Positions 47,653-59,301 of a DNA stretch of 64,000 nucleotides are shown piece by piece. Source of the DNA: Neodothiora populina (lineage: Eukaryota); NCBI RefSeq assembly GCF_041146345.1, contig NW_027191415.1, positions 124,001 to 188,000 of the forward strand, in the 5' to 3' direction. Each line of letters starts with the position of its first letter. Position 1 is the stretch's first letter. The notes under the pieces are model-generated. The model was not told the DNA's origin. It worked only from the letters and a program-made list of their open reading frames with translations, and did not search any database. A program made the translations under genes and the position numbers.

Positions 47653-50516
47653 TCACATGACGGTGCATTCCCTGTCGGGAACTTCACTGGCAACGGTCTT
47701 TGCCTTTTTCATCTTCTTGTGCGACAGCTTCTCTTCTTTGCCCTTGAGCTTCTCCTCGCGCAGTCGACTCCTCTCCTCGCGCTTCTGGCCCATCTTTTCT
47801 TTCCAGTTGCGCTTCCTGTGTTCATCGCTGACATCAGCTATCGCGATCGTGTCGGGTTTGCTGCCCAAGCTCTCGGTGCTGCCGCCGGTCAGTATGCCAA
47901 GGCTGGCAACTGATCCGTCGACGCTGGCGGTCCCGGAATGCTTCTTTTCCTTTTCGGTGGTAGCGTTGGTGGCGATTGGGTTTGTGACATTTTCTTCACT
48001 CAACTCCAGGGCTGGCGTCACCGAAGGGGTCGCGACCGGCGTGGTAGCGCTGCTTGTGACGGCTTCTTCGCTCGTCTTGACCATAGAAGCCAGGTCACTC
48101 TTGCTCGACACTCGTCCGATGTTGCTGATCTTGCTCATGTTGAACTTCAGACCGAATCTGCCTTCTCTTTCTTCGGCGCCCTGACTGCTCGGTCGGCTCT
48201 TGCTCTTGACTGCGTTGATAGCTTTGCTGCCCCTTCGCGACATGGGGAGGCCGAGGAAAGAGCTTCGGCTCTCGTCGACGGGTGTCACAGGTACAGAAGT
48301 AGCGGCCTTGTGACTGCCAAACGTCGGAGACATCAAATCCGTTCCAGCCGAGGACCGATTTGATGATGTCGAGTTACGACCTCGATGTTCGCACGGGGGT
48401 TGGTGACCTTGTTCGTCGAGAATGGTGTTGATGTCAATCGAGGTCCTGGTCGAGGTAGACCAATCGACTACTTCAGTGTTCAGGGCTGGCGCGCCGTTCG
48501 GTGAGGTTCCCGACTCGTCCTCGACAATGACAGTGTCTGGAAAATCACCTTCGTCCGTCTCGTCGAATGAGCCCAGCATGCGTTGTTTCTCCGGTGAAGC
48601 GGAGACATTCGATGGTGCCCTGTCGCAACTCTCTTCGTAGGTCGGCGGGAGATCGTCGATGGGCTGCACCTGGTAGAAAAGGAGGTATGGACACTCCTCC
48701 TTGAGCTTCTGCTCGACATTGACGTAGGTGACTCGCTCCTTGGCGAGATCGTCAAACAACATCCACGGGTCCGGCTCGTCATCGCTAAAGGGACTATCGG
48801 GTCGTGAATCCAGCGAACCTCCGTCTCGTGCGTTCGCAGCCTGGCCACGGACAAGGGATACGTAATGTCCGCTGTTGACAGACGAGCCTCTGTGGCACAC
48901 GACGGACTGGAGAACAAGCTTGAAGTTCCCGACCAGGGGGCTGTCGTCACCGATGTTGTCGTCCGACACAAAAGCCGGCACCGCAATCTCCAAGGGAATG
49001 TCGACGTAAGTGTTGAGTCTGCTCGCGACGCCCTCGTGTGTGACTTGGTATCGCTTGAGGGCTATGCCGAGCACGGGGCGTTTGTGACTGAAATGGGCAG
49101 CGACTTGAGCATCCGAGGTCGGAACATTATCCGTGTACCAAGGCAGCAATTTGAAAAATTGCCAGGCTGGCATCAGAACCTCTGTCCGTACCGAGGCCTT
49201 GCGTTGTCGTTCAGGAGTCGACAGGTCTGCATCATCGCTGGCCTTGGAATCCAACGGAGCCATGCGACGCTGGCTGAATATACTGTCGGCGCGATTGCGA
49301 CCCAAGCCTGGCCGGACCTTGTCCAGGGTAGATTTGACGGGGGTCAAAGGAACCTCTGTTGCCGGCGACTCGGCCATCTCTCCTACGGCAAACTCGACTG
49401 TTTCCACCTGCAGGGCTTCCGACTTCTCGTCATTCGTAGGCGGCAACCTCTCGGCAGAGTGCCTCGATTGCAGCATTGCGCCTCGTGTCCTCTCCATGTG
49501 TCGCTTGACCTCGATTCGATTGTTGAAATAGTTCTCAAGGCAGTCTTCGAGGGTGATGACGTCGCTTCCTTCCACGGGGCTTTCGAGAATGGCCACCTCG
49601 AGTAATCGCTCATTCACAAATCTGTGGTCATCATCGGGCTCCTCCTTCCCGGTGTGATACAGATCCATTTTGAGGGTCAATAGTGGCAGCTCGAGCTGTC
49701 CAGTAATGAAGGTAAAGGCTTCCGAGGTGTCTTGTTGGACCAGCTTGGCGGCCGACTCCCATCCGCACTCGGCAAGGGCGTCTTGAAGGATCTTGGTCTG
49801 GAAAAGCTGAGTGTCAGTGCATGTGCAGATAAAACAAGCAGAAAGAGTCGACGCACTATGTCTGTCGTGATCAATTTGCCGTCTCGCAGCAGGTTGACCC
49901 AGAGGCGCATGAGACCGGCGAGCTTCTTGCGCGGCGGGTCCTCGAAAGCATTATATAGCATGGCCTCGAAACTGTCAAGTCTTGCGAACATGGCGAACAG
50001 CAGAGCGTCTAGATAGCAGGTGACTCCTGACCGGTTCTCGGCGCCGAGCAATTTGGTGTTGGGATTGTAGGACTTGACGAGGCCTTCGTGCGTGTCTTCG
50101 AATAACAGCAACAGACGGAAGGCATCGTCCATGTTGCCCTGGGTGGCTTTTGATCGTAATGCGTAATCTACGTTTGCTTCGTTGAACATTGTGATGCCGG
50201 CGCTGTGTAAGCGAGCGAGGATGGTTTTGATCTTTGCGGGTGTCAGCATTCGAGCAGACATGGCAGTGTTTGGTTCGTGAGACTCACCGTCTTCTCCTCG
50301 TCCTTCTCAAACTTCTTCTTCCTGTTCTCCTCGTCCGGGAGGAAGAAGCCGGCGAAGGTACCGACATCTGGAGCGACATGGGCATCGACGTGCGCATCGG
50401 CGGTGGACTGGAAGGAGCCTAGTCAGCAAGAGGAAGACAGGAAAGGATGTAGTTGATGGTCTTACTTTCGGTCGGCGATCGCGTCTGGACAGGAAGCGAT
50501 GTATGTTGCCGGTCAT
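47653..50516 (-). CDS. Ubiquitin-specific protease (C19, CYLD-like Cys box); join 50516..50466, 50407..50288, 50231..49857, 49797..47653
   Basis: Cys box ENRSGVTCYLDALLFAMF, QQDTSEAF, His box VVCHRGSSVNSGHYVSLV, WMLFDD, PYLLFYQ; ends RECTVM*. Confidence 0.9.
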
Positions 50517-51343
50517 GGCTGTGTGGGTGGCAGAGCAAGAAAGAAGGTGGGGGGAAATGAATGCGATTTCCAGGCAGAGTGCAGGGTGAATTGCTACCGT
50601 AAAAGCCAGCCAACCTCCATCAGTCGCAGGAATAGCAAGAGTCTTTGTTCAGTATTTGGGAAACAGAGACACTGTATCAGGGTCGAAGGAAAAGGGCCAG
50701 AGCAAGAGCGGGTCGAGATGTTATGGCACAAAAGTAAAGTTGACGATGCTCAAAGTAAACGACGGGGCAGAGAGACAACGGAGATTCGGGGTCTGGGCTG
50801 GTAAATCTGGTCCAGAGTTTAATTGTGATTTAGTTCGAGTAGCCCAAGCGAACCCTCGTAAACCGTAGAGCCTCAGGGATCGGGGGTGACTGTTTGGCCA
50901 AAAAAAAACGAGGGTGAGGAATGTGGAGAAGACGGAAAAGGTCAAGAAAGCAAGGGTTGTTGAGGAGTGTGTTACATGTACTCCGAACGCCTCAGCAGTG
51001 TCTGTGGAGTAGAGTAGAAGACGACGATGATGAAGAATCGACAGGCAGAAGAATGAACCGAGATGGGAATATGCGTCAGGTTCAGGCCAAGAGTGGAGGC
51101 AGCAGCGCAACAACAGCAGCACTGTGCAGCATAAGGCAACCTGAGGAAAGGTATACAGCGTGCACGCAATTGGAGGCTAAAAAGAGGGCTGTGACGTTGA
51201 CAATTGTGGGCGCCTCACAATCACAGGGCAGACTGACAGAAAAAGCGGAGGAGTCCATCCATCATTACCTCGTTATCACTGGAACCATGAATTCACCAAT
51301 TCATCAATCATCAATCAGCAACTCGCGCCCACAGGCTGGGCGT

Positions 51344-51370
51344 AGCATTAGCAGCATTAGCAGCATTAGC
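51344..51370. repeat. 9-nt tandem repeat (AGCATTAGC)x3
   Basis: Read directly from the intergenic sequence. Confidence 0.8.
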
Positions 51371-52422
51371 ATGGCTCTAGGTAGCCACAGCCCCCCCCAC
51401 CAGCGAATCACCATTCGTACTAGGGTCGGTGATGAACGACGAGGCGCTTGGGCCTGGCGGGGCTATTGGAGAGACTCGTGGCTGGTCTTCGTGTGCCCCG
51501 ATGTCAATGGCATGAGAGTTGCGAGATCGACCTTTAGCCTGCGCCGTAGGCTGCAAGGGTCTGCAGACAAGACGGTGGTTTGTTGCACCCGTGCCGCTGG
51601 ACGAGGGCTGTGAAACGCAACGCTTGCACATCCATCTATTGATCAGCAGAGAAAAGGCGGGAGGAAGTGATTCGTCCGATTGCTTTGCTTTTTTGTACTC
51701 TTGGTCGCAGGTCTGTACCTAGCCGAGGCGGGCGTCAGGCAGACAATTTAAGCAAGCAGGCAATACTTGCCGTGAACAGAAAAAGCGGCTAATTTTTGGT
51801 TTTGATGCTTCCGTATGGTCTCTCACCGAACGAATTTCTGGCAAACCTTGTGCACACTCGCCGGATTGGGTGATTTACGTGACCTGATGATCTGGTCGAG
51901 TAAAGAGGCGAAAAAGCACCTCATGTCAGCAAAGTCGCACGTGAGGGCGCACGAGAGGTGCACGCGAGAAGGAAGATAATCGAACGATGGAGGGAAACGG
52001 CAGAAGAGGAGAAAAGAGGCCTAACGCCGAGGGTGTGGATCGGGGTTCGAAACAGAGTGGAATCTGCATAATCCCTATTCGACACCTGTGCATCAAGATC
52101 TGATCTAATTAATGCTTGCATAAGGTAAGGTCTTGGTCAGAAATGCCAAGATTCGCGTCCGCGTTCGGACGTGTGTCAGGTCCTCGCGGCATTAAGGCTG
52201 AGTCTGACTTGCGCAGCTCCGGCAGCACAAGCAGAAAGCAGAAGGGCAGCCGGGCAGTCTTGATCCCGTCTTGGAAGGAGCGTCGGCGGATGGGCGTGAA
52301 TTGCTCCGACGCAGCAGAAAGTCGAACAAAGTCTAGGAAAGAGCGTGAGAAAGTTCACAGGCAGCAGGTCTTGAGTCTTGACAGTGAGGCTTGACAACAA
52401 CCACACAACTACACAGCCCGTC

Positions 52423-53672
52423 ATGTCGGTGCAATCAATTGCGCGGCCCTTTGTCAGGCAGACCAGACGATTGAATACATCAACCCTGTCCTCATCCTCG
52501 CCATCATCATGTCTGGCCTCATCTTCACACCAGTCATTCGCACACACCTCACTCCAGCAACAACACTCGCTGCCGCTGCGACGACATGGCTCTACAGCAA
52601 CAAGCAACCAAGATGCTCAGTCGTCCGCGCTCCAAGACCTCGAAGCCGCTTCCTCTCTGGCCTCAACATCCACGCCAGCAGGCTCTCTTCCCAAATATGA
52701 CCCCGTCGCAAGAGCGGCAAAGAGAAATCGGGAACTACCACCCAGCAGGTCAGCAGCCTCGTCTCCGCCCCCGTACTCGTTCACACACTGACCCAGCATC
52801 AGATACAAGTTTCGACCTCCCAAGTATTACCGCGGACCTCTTCATCCCCATCAGCCGCCTCCTCCCTCGGACCCCTCCTCTAGACTCTTCGAGCCTGGAC
52901 CATTCACCCTTCCACGACTTCAGCAGACCTACGAGTCCACCTTCGCTCCAGACTTGATGACTCTCGCCTACGTGCATTATCCTCCGGGCTACGAGGCCCC
53001 TGCAAAGTCACCCCGTCTGCGTCCGTGGGAGGGCCCCAGCCCATACTACAAGAACCGCCCCCTTCGCGGTCCGAGAGGTGCCGACGTCTTGAGGTTGTTG
53101 CGCAAGCCCATCACCTTCCGCAACATCCCCCACATCGAGAAGATCACCGTGCACACCATGGTCAAGGGCGCCCTCGACGATAGCGCCCATCTGCACGTCG
53201 CCGGCATGGTCGTCCAGGCCATCACCAACGTGCGCGCCACAGCACACAAGACCAAGAAGTCGGTCGCCGGTTTCGGCATCCGCAAGGGTCAGCACGTCAG
53301 TGTCACCGCCGAGCTCAAGGGCGAGGACATGTATCACTTCCTGAGCAAGTGCATCGACGTCATCATGCCCAAGATCAAGGACTGGAGAGGTGTCAAGGGT
53401 AGCTCTGGTGATTCCAGCGGAAACATTGCCTTTGGTTTCTCCAGCGAGGAGGTCGCTCTCTTCCCCGAAGTTGAAGTTAATTATGATGCGTGAGTTTTGT
53501 CATTTCCTGCGACCGCACCGCCGAACATGAACTGACTGGAGATTACAGTTACCCGCCTCGCATGATCCCTGGATGCCACGTCGTTGTGCACACGACAGCG
53601 ACCAATGACAGAGACGCCAGACTGCTTCTCAGCTCTTTCGGCATTCCGTTTTACGGCAAGCGCGTCAACTAG
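52423..53672 (+). CDS. MRPL7: Mitochondrial ribosomal protein uL5m; join 52423..52748, 52803..53489, 53549..53672
   Basis: Presequence-like N-terminus; IPHIEKITVH, WRGVKGSSGDSSGNIAFG, FPEVEVNYD, PGCHVVVHTTA L5 motifs; two frame-restoring introns. Confidence 0.92.
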
Positions 53673-54042
53673 ACAAAAGGAGTGCGAGGAAATTTATGTA
53701 TCAAAAAGGTACCGAGCGAGGTAAAGGGACCTCATGTAAAATATCACTGTGTACATGTTCTAAACTACTACTGGCGAAAATGCCAGGAAACATCAACTAC
53801 TGTACCATATATCTGACTTGCTGATCGTGATCGGAGACAGCAGTGACCACGTCTAGACGTCCCCACAATCCTTGGTGACTTCCCCAGAACAGTGAGCGCT
53901 TGTTTCTCTGTCTTGTGGCCGTCTAGAATGCCTACCAGAGTTTATAGGATAGACGTATATAAGCAGCTGTGGCTGGAACAAGGACAAATGACAGGCAAAG
54001 GCATCGTTGCGCCACATGGACGCGTATCTTGGCAACGTGAGG

Positions 54043-54094
54043 TAATGCTGTCATTCTGTAATGCTGTAATGCTGCAATGCTGTCATGCTGTAAT
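54043..54094. repeat. Degenerate 8-nt tandem repeat, consensus TAATGCTG, ~6.5 copies
   Basis: taatgctg tcattctg taatgctg taatgctg caatgctg tcatgctg taat. Confidence 0.85.
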
Positions 54095-54400
54095 AACCTT
54101 GGAATGTTCTGCGGAGAGAGGCGAGAGAAAGCTGGCGCCTGCCTGCCTGAGCTGTGGCTGATGGATTGCCGCTTGTGGCTCCTGCTTGTTACTTATCGCT
54201 ACTGCCGCCGCTGCTTATTGCTGTGCAACTGCCTGCTTGTAATCGCCTGAGTTCAGCTCCGAGTTAACATAAGGCAGCTGAGACTTGACAAGTCACGCGT
54301 CAGTCTATTTCAACACAATCTCCATCTCCCTCATTCTGCCTGATGGTTGGATGAATTCAGTCCGTCATCTGTAGCATCACCGGACACGCAGAAACCCACA

Positions 54401-57400
54401 ATGGCGAGGGCGCGATTGGGGACGATAAAGACGAGTCTCCTATGGCTGGGTCTGGCTCTTTCCTCCTTGACCGGAGGAGCAGTGGCCGCTGCCAAAAAGG
54501 ACAAACCAGAAATCGGCGAGACGGGCTTCGACTCTCTACCGTCGAATCTGTTCTACTTTGACGACAGCGACGTGGTCCTGGTGACGGATGTGCTGCCGGG
54601 CATCGTGTATAGATCCACCGACGCGGGCCAGAACTGGAAGGCCGTCAAGGACCTCACCAAAGGCGCGATATTGGGTGTTTCAGCGAATCCGTACAACAAC
54701 AAGGTCGCCGTCGCCGTGGGAATCGAGAAGGAGCATTGGATCACCAAAGATCAGGGAGAGACATGGAAGTCGTTCAAGACAAAGTATCCCGCCGTCATGA
54801 CGCGGCCGCCCCTCAGTTTCCACGCCTCGGACCCGGACCGCATCATCTTCCATGTTGCTGATTGTCTGATGGAACTGCTGGATTGTGAGGAAAAGGCTTA
54901 CTACACCCTCGACGGCTTCGGATCTCTGAATATCCTCCACGACAAGGCCATTTCGTGTCTCTGGGCCAAGAGCACTGATTTGTTCACCACTGGTGACGAA
55001 ACCCTCGACAAGAACCAGGTCCTCTGCGTGACTGAAGGAAGATACTCGATATGGCAGAAGGACTACCGTCTGCTCATGTCCAGCGACTTCTTCGACAAGC
55101 ACGAAGTCGAGCCCGACTTGCTCGATGGTCGCGCTGTCCCTGGTGTCATCAATGTTGCCGCTGTCAAGAAATACATCGCCGTGGCTGCAAAGTCCGAGGG
55201 AACAACCGAGCTCGCCATGTACATTACAGACGACACCGTCACCTGGCACAGAGCCGAGTTTGGGGACCACAAGCTCGAAGAGGATGCTTACACTCTGCTC
55301 GAGTCTACAAACTACAGCATTCAGGTCGACGTCATGAACTCGAAACCCACCTCGGCCATGGGAGTCCTCTTCACCAGCAATTCCAACGGAACCTACTTCA
55401 CCAAGAGCATCGAGCACACCAATCGTAACTTCCGCGGCTACGTTGACTTTGAGAAGATTCAGAACATCCAGGGTATTGTCTTGGTTAACACTGTGGACAA
55501 TTACGATGAAGTCGACAAGTCGTGGCAAGCAGACAGGAAGCTGAGAACTTCAATCAGTTTCGACGACGGCAGAACCTGGCAGCCGCTCAAGGTCGACAAG
55601 CACGACCTCCACTTGCACTCGGTCACCGACCAGCGCAATTATGGTCGCATCTACTCCAGCCCTGCACCCGGCATCGTCCTGGGCGTCGGCAACACTGGAA
55701 AGTCCCTGGGCACGTGGGACGAAGGAGACACTTATATTTCCGACGACGCAGGTGTCACCTGGAGGAAGGCGCTGAGCAAGCCTCATCTGTACGAGATCGG
55801 TGATCAAGGAGCCGTCCTGGTTGCTGTGGCGGATGGAGAGACTGATCAGGTCAGATACTCGTTCAACCACGGCAAGAACTGGGATTCTGTCGAGTTGGAG
55901 GGCAAAGTCAAGCCCATGGCTTTGCTTACTGTTCCCGACTCGACAAGTCTGAAGTTTATCCTCGTCGCTTCCAAGGGTGGCGGCGACAGGCTCAAGTACT
56001 TCACCATCGCCATCGACTTCTCTGACATGCATGAGCGCAAGTGTGGCAGCGACGACTTTGAGAAGTGGCCCGCCCGTGTCGACGAAGACGGGAAGCCAAG
56101 CTGTATCATGGGACACAAGCAGTTCTACCGCAGGCGCAAGGCCAACGCCGAGTGTTTTGTCGACGAAGAGTTCAAGGATCCCCAGCCCGAGTTCGAGGAC
56201 TGCAAGTGCACCGATGCTGACTACGAATGCGATTACAACTTCATCAAATCCGAGGATGGCAAAGACTGTCTTCCCGCCGGCCCGCTTTCGGCCCCTGCCG
56301 ATGTCTGCAAGAGTCCAGACGACGAGTACGAGGGAAGTTCGGGCTTCCGCCTCATCCCCGGCAACACATGTATCAAGAAGGATGGAGTTGTCAAGGACGA
56401 ACCGAAAAAGAGACCTTGCAAAGACACCTTCAAGGCCCCCGCGAATGGCAAGATCACCAATGAAGTCAGCACTTTCAAGGCTGACTCCGTTCTCGAGTAC
56501 TATTATCTCGAACGCAAAGACTCGGCCTCTGGGACTGATGAGACCATTATCATGCGTACCGACAGACGCGAGACTTATATCACGTACGACCATGGCAAGA
56601 CCTGGGAGGAGGCGGTGGACGATGAGATTGTCGCCATCTATCCTCACCAATACATCAATGACAGGGTGTATATGATCACTGCCTCCAAGCGCGTGTACTA
56701 CTCCGAGAACCGCGGAAAGGCAATCCACCACTTTGACGCCCCTGAAGCTCCTAATCAAGACAGACTTCAGATCTTGTCGTTCCACCCTCATGAACCCGAT
56801 TGGCTCCTTTGGACCGGCGGTAAAGATTGCAGTGGCTTTGGCACTGACTGTCATTCTGTTGCTCACGTGTCGACCAAGCACGGCGAGCAGTGGACCACTC
56901 TGCTTAGATATGTTCGCAAGTGTCAGTGGGTGGCCCAGGAGGGTCGCAACGCCAAAGAAGAGCTTGTGTATTGCGAGCAGTTCAAGGACGAAGACACCGA
57001 GAACCCTCTTCAGCTGGTATCAAGCGAGGACTGGTTTGAGCACAAGACCACATATTTCGAAGATGTCATCAACTTTGCGACCATGTCCGAGTTCATTATT
57101 GTGGCGCTACGCGACGAGGACCAAAAGTCGCTTCGCGTGGATACCAGCATCGATGGACAAGTCTTCGCCAATGCCAAATTCCCCAAGAACTTTGAGGTTC
57201 CTCACCAGCAAGCATACACTGTCCTGGATAGTTCCACGCATTCAATCTTCTTGCATGTGACCGTCAACAACAAGCCGGATCAAGAGTACGGTAGCATTGT
57301 GAAGTCCAACAGCAATGGCACATCATACGTGATGAGTATTTCCAACGTCAACCGTAACACTCCGGGCTACGTCGACTTCGAGAAGATGCAAGGACTTGAG

Positions 57401-58956
57401 GGAGTTGCCATTGTCAACGTGGTAGCCAATGTTGCTGAAGTAGATGGAGGCTCGAAGAAGAAGCTCAAGACTATGATCACCCACAATGATGGCGCCGAGT
57501 GGAGTTTGATCGATCCTCCTGCCAAGGACTCGGATGGCAAGGGCTTCGATTGCAAGGACGCTGTTCTCGAACACTGCTCACTGCATCTCCACAGTTACAC
57601 CGAGCGAAAGGATCCCCGGGATACGTACTCTTCTCCTTCCGCCGTCGGTCTCATGATGGGCGTCGGCAACGTTGGGCCTAATCTTGGTCAGTACAAGGAG
57701 GGTGACACTTTCATCACCCGTGACGGAGGTGTCACTTGGCATGAGGTCTTCAAGGGAACCTACATGTGGGAGTATGGTGATCAGGGATCTATCATCGTGA
57801 TTGTACAAGAAAGCGCAGCCGTCAACTCGGTCTATTACACTGTCGACGAGGGTGACAACTGGACCGAATACCAGTTCAGCGAGAGCAAGATGCTTGTCGA
57901 CGACATCTCAACAGTGCCGTCTGATACATCCCGAAACTTTCTGCTGTGGGCCCATAACGATAAGGGCAGCCTTGTTACGATCAACCTCGACTTTACCGGT
58001 CTGACCGACAAGCAATGCCATCTGGACGACGAAGATCCGGAGGCGGCCGACAGCGATTACTATCTGTGGGAGCCCAAGCATCCTCTTTCCGACAACAATT
58101 GTCTTTTTGGCCACATTTCTCAATACCACCGCAAGAAGTCTGACAGCAAATGTTACAACGGCCCAATGATTGAGCGTCTGCACAAGGTTGTCGAGAATTG
58201 CACCTGCACCAGGCAAGATTTCGAATGGTGAGTATTTGTTTTCTGTCGATCTGCAGAACGAAGTGCTAATGATATTATAGTGACTACAACTACGAGCGTC
58301 AGAACGACGCCTCATGTGCTCTGGTCCCCGGCGAGCAGCCCCTCGATCCTCAAGCACAGTGCGCCGCGGACCCGAAACTCATCGAGTTCTACGAACCCAC
58401 CGGCTACCGTCGCATACCATTGACGACCTGCGCAGGAGGCCGCGAACTGGACGTGAGCACTTCCCACCCGTGCCCAGGCCGCGAACCACAATACGAGCAG
58501 AAACACGGCGGCATCTCTGGCGTACGACTGTTCTTCGCAATCGTGTTACCTATCGCCGCCGCCGGTGGCGTAGGCTACTGGGTATGGAAGAACTGGGAAG
58601 GCAAATTCGGCAGCATCCGTCTGGGCGACTCATACGGCGGCCTCAGCGGCGGTGGACCGTCGTTTAGCACCGACGCGCCATGGGTCAAGTACCCCGTCGC
58701 CGCTCTCAGCGGCTTCGTCGCCGTACTCGCCGCCATCCCCATGGTCGTTGGCGGCATCTGGAGAAGCGTCAGCGGCCGCTTCGGAAGAGGCGGGTCTAGC
58801 GGAGGTGGATTCGGCGGGTTCGGAGGCCGAGGCGGCTCGGGATACACGAGACCGTATACCACCAGGAGTAGTTTTCAGAGGGGCAGGGGCGATTACGCTA
58901 TCGTTGATCCTGACGAGGGAGAGTTGCTTGGGGATGAGAGCGAGGAGGAAGTCTGA
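54401..58956 (+). CDS. VPS10: Vacuolar sorting receptor Vps10/Pep1; join 54401..58227, 58281..58956
   Basis: Signal peptide, two Vps10 domains with Asp-box repeats (SxDxGxTW), YVDFEK, Cys-rich CTxxD(Y/F)ECDYN segments, one TM helix, acidic tail GELLGDESEEEV. Confidence 0.96.
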
Positions 58957-59301
58957 TGTTTTATTTATGTAGAAGACGAAGACCTGAGATTGGTGATGGT
59001 GATGGTGATGGTGAATGATGATTGTAAGAAGTTAGAAAGACGAAAAGAAATATTATTATTTACATGAACAAGGAGAGGAACAAGGCTTGTGTGTGTTGTC
59101 ATGTTTGCCAAAGATAGAGAACGAAGGACTTTTGCCAGATCAGTGCTAGAAGCATACCCATTCGTGGACTCAACGATGGGTGTTTCGGCAACATGTTTTG
59201 TGTCTACAGTACATAGACAGCGATATAAAGAGCAAAGTATATACACGTTGATAGCAGGACCAATACCCACCTTGGATTTCCACACGCACGTTTCTCCAAC
59301 T

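Noticed and set aside
50921..51613. 230-aa plus-strand ORF upstream of the deubiquitinase
   Set aside because: GTG start, low-complexity composition, antisense to a probable pyrimidine-rich leader; no motif.
54553..58357. Long antisense ORFs (up to 443 aa) over VPS10, with similar ones over MPS1 and the USP
   Set aside because: Expected shadow ORFs from C/G-ending codon bias on the coding strand.
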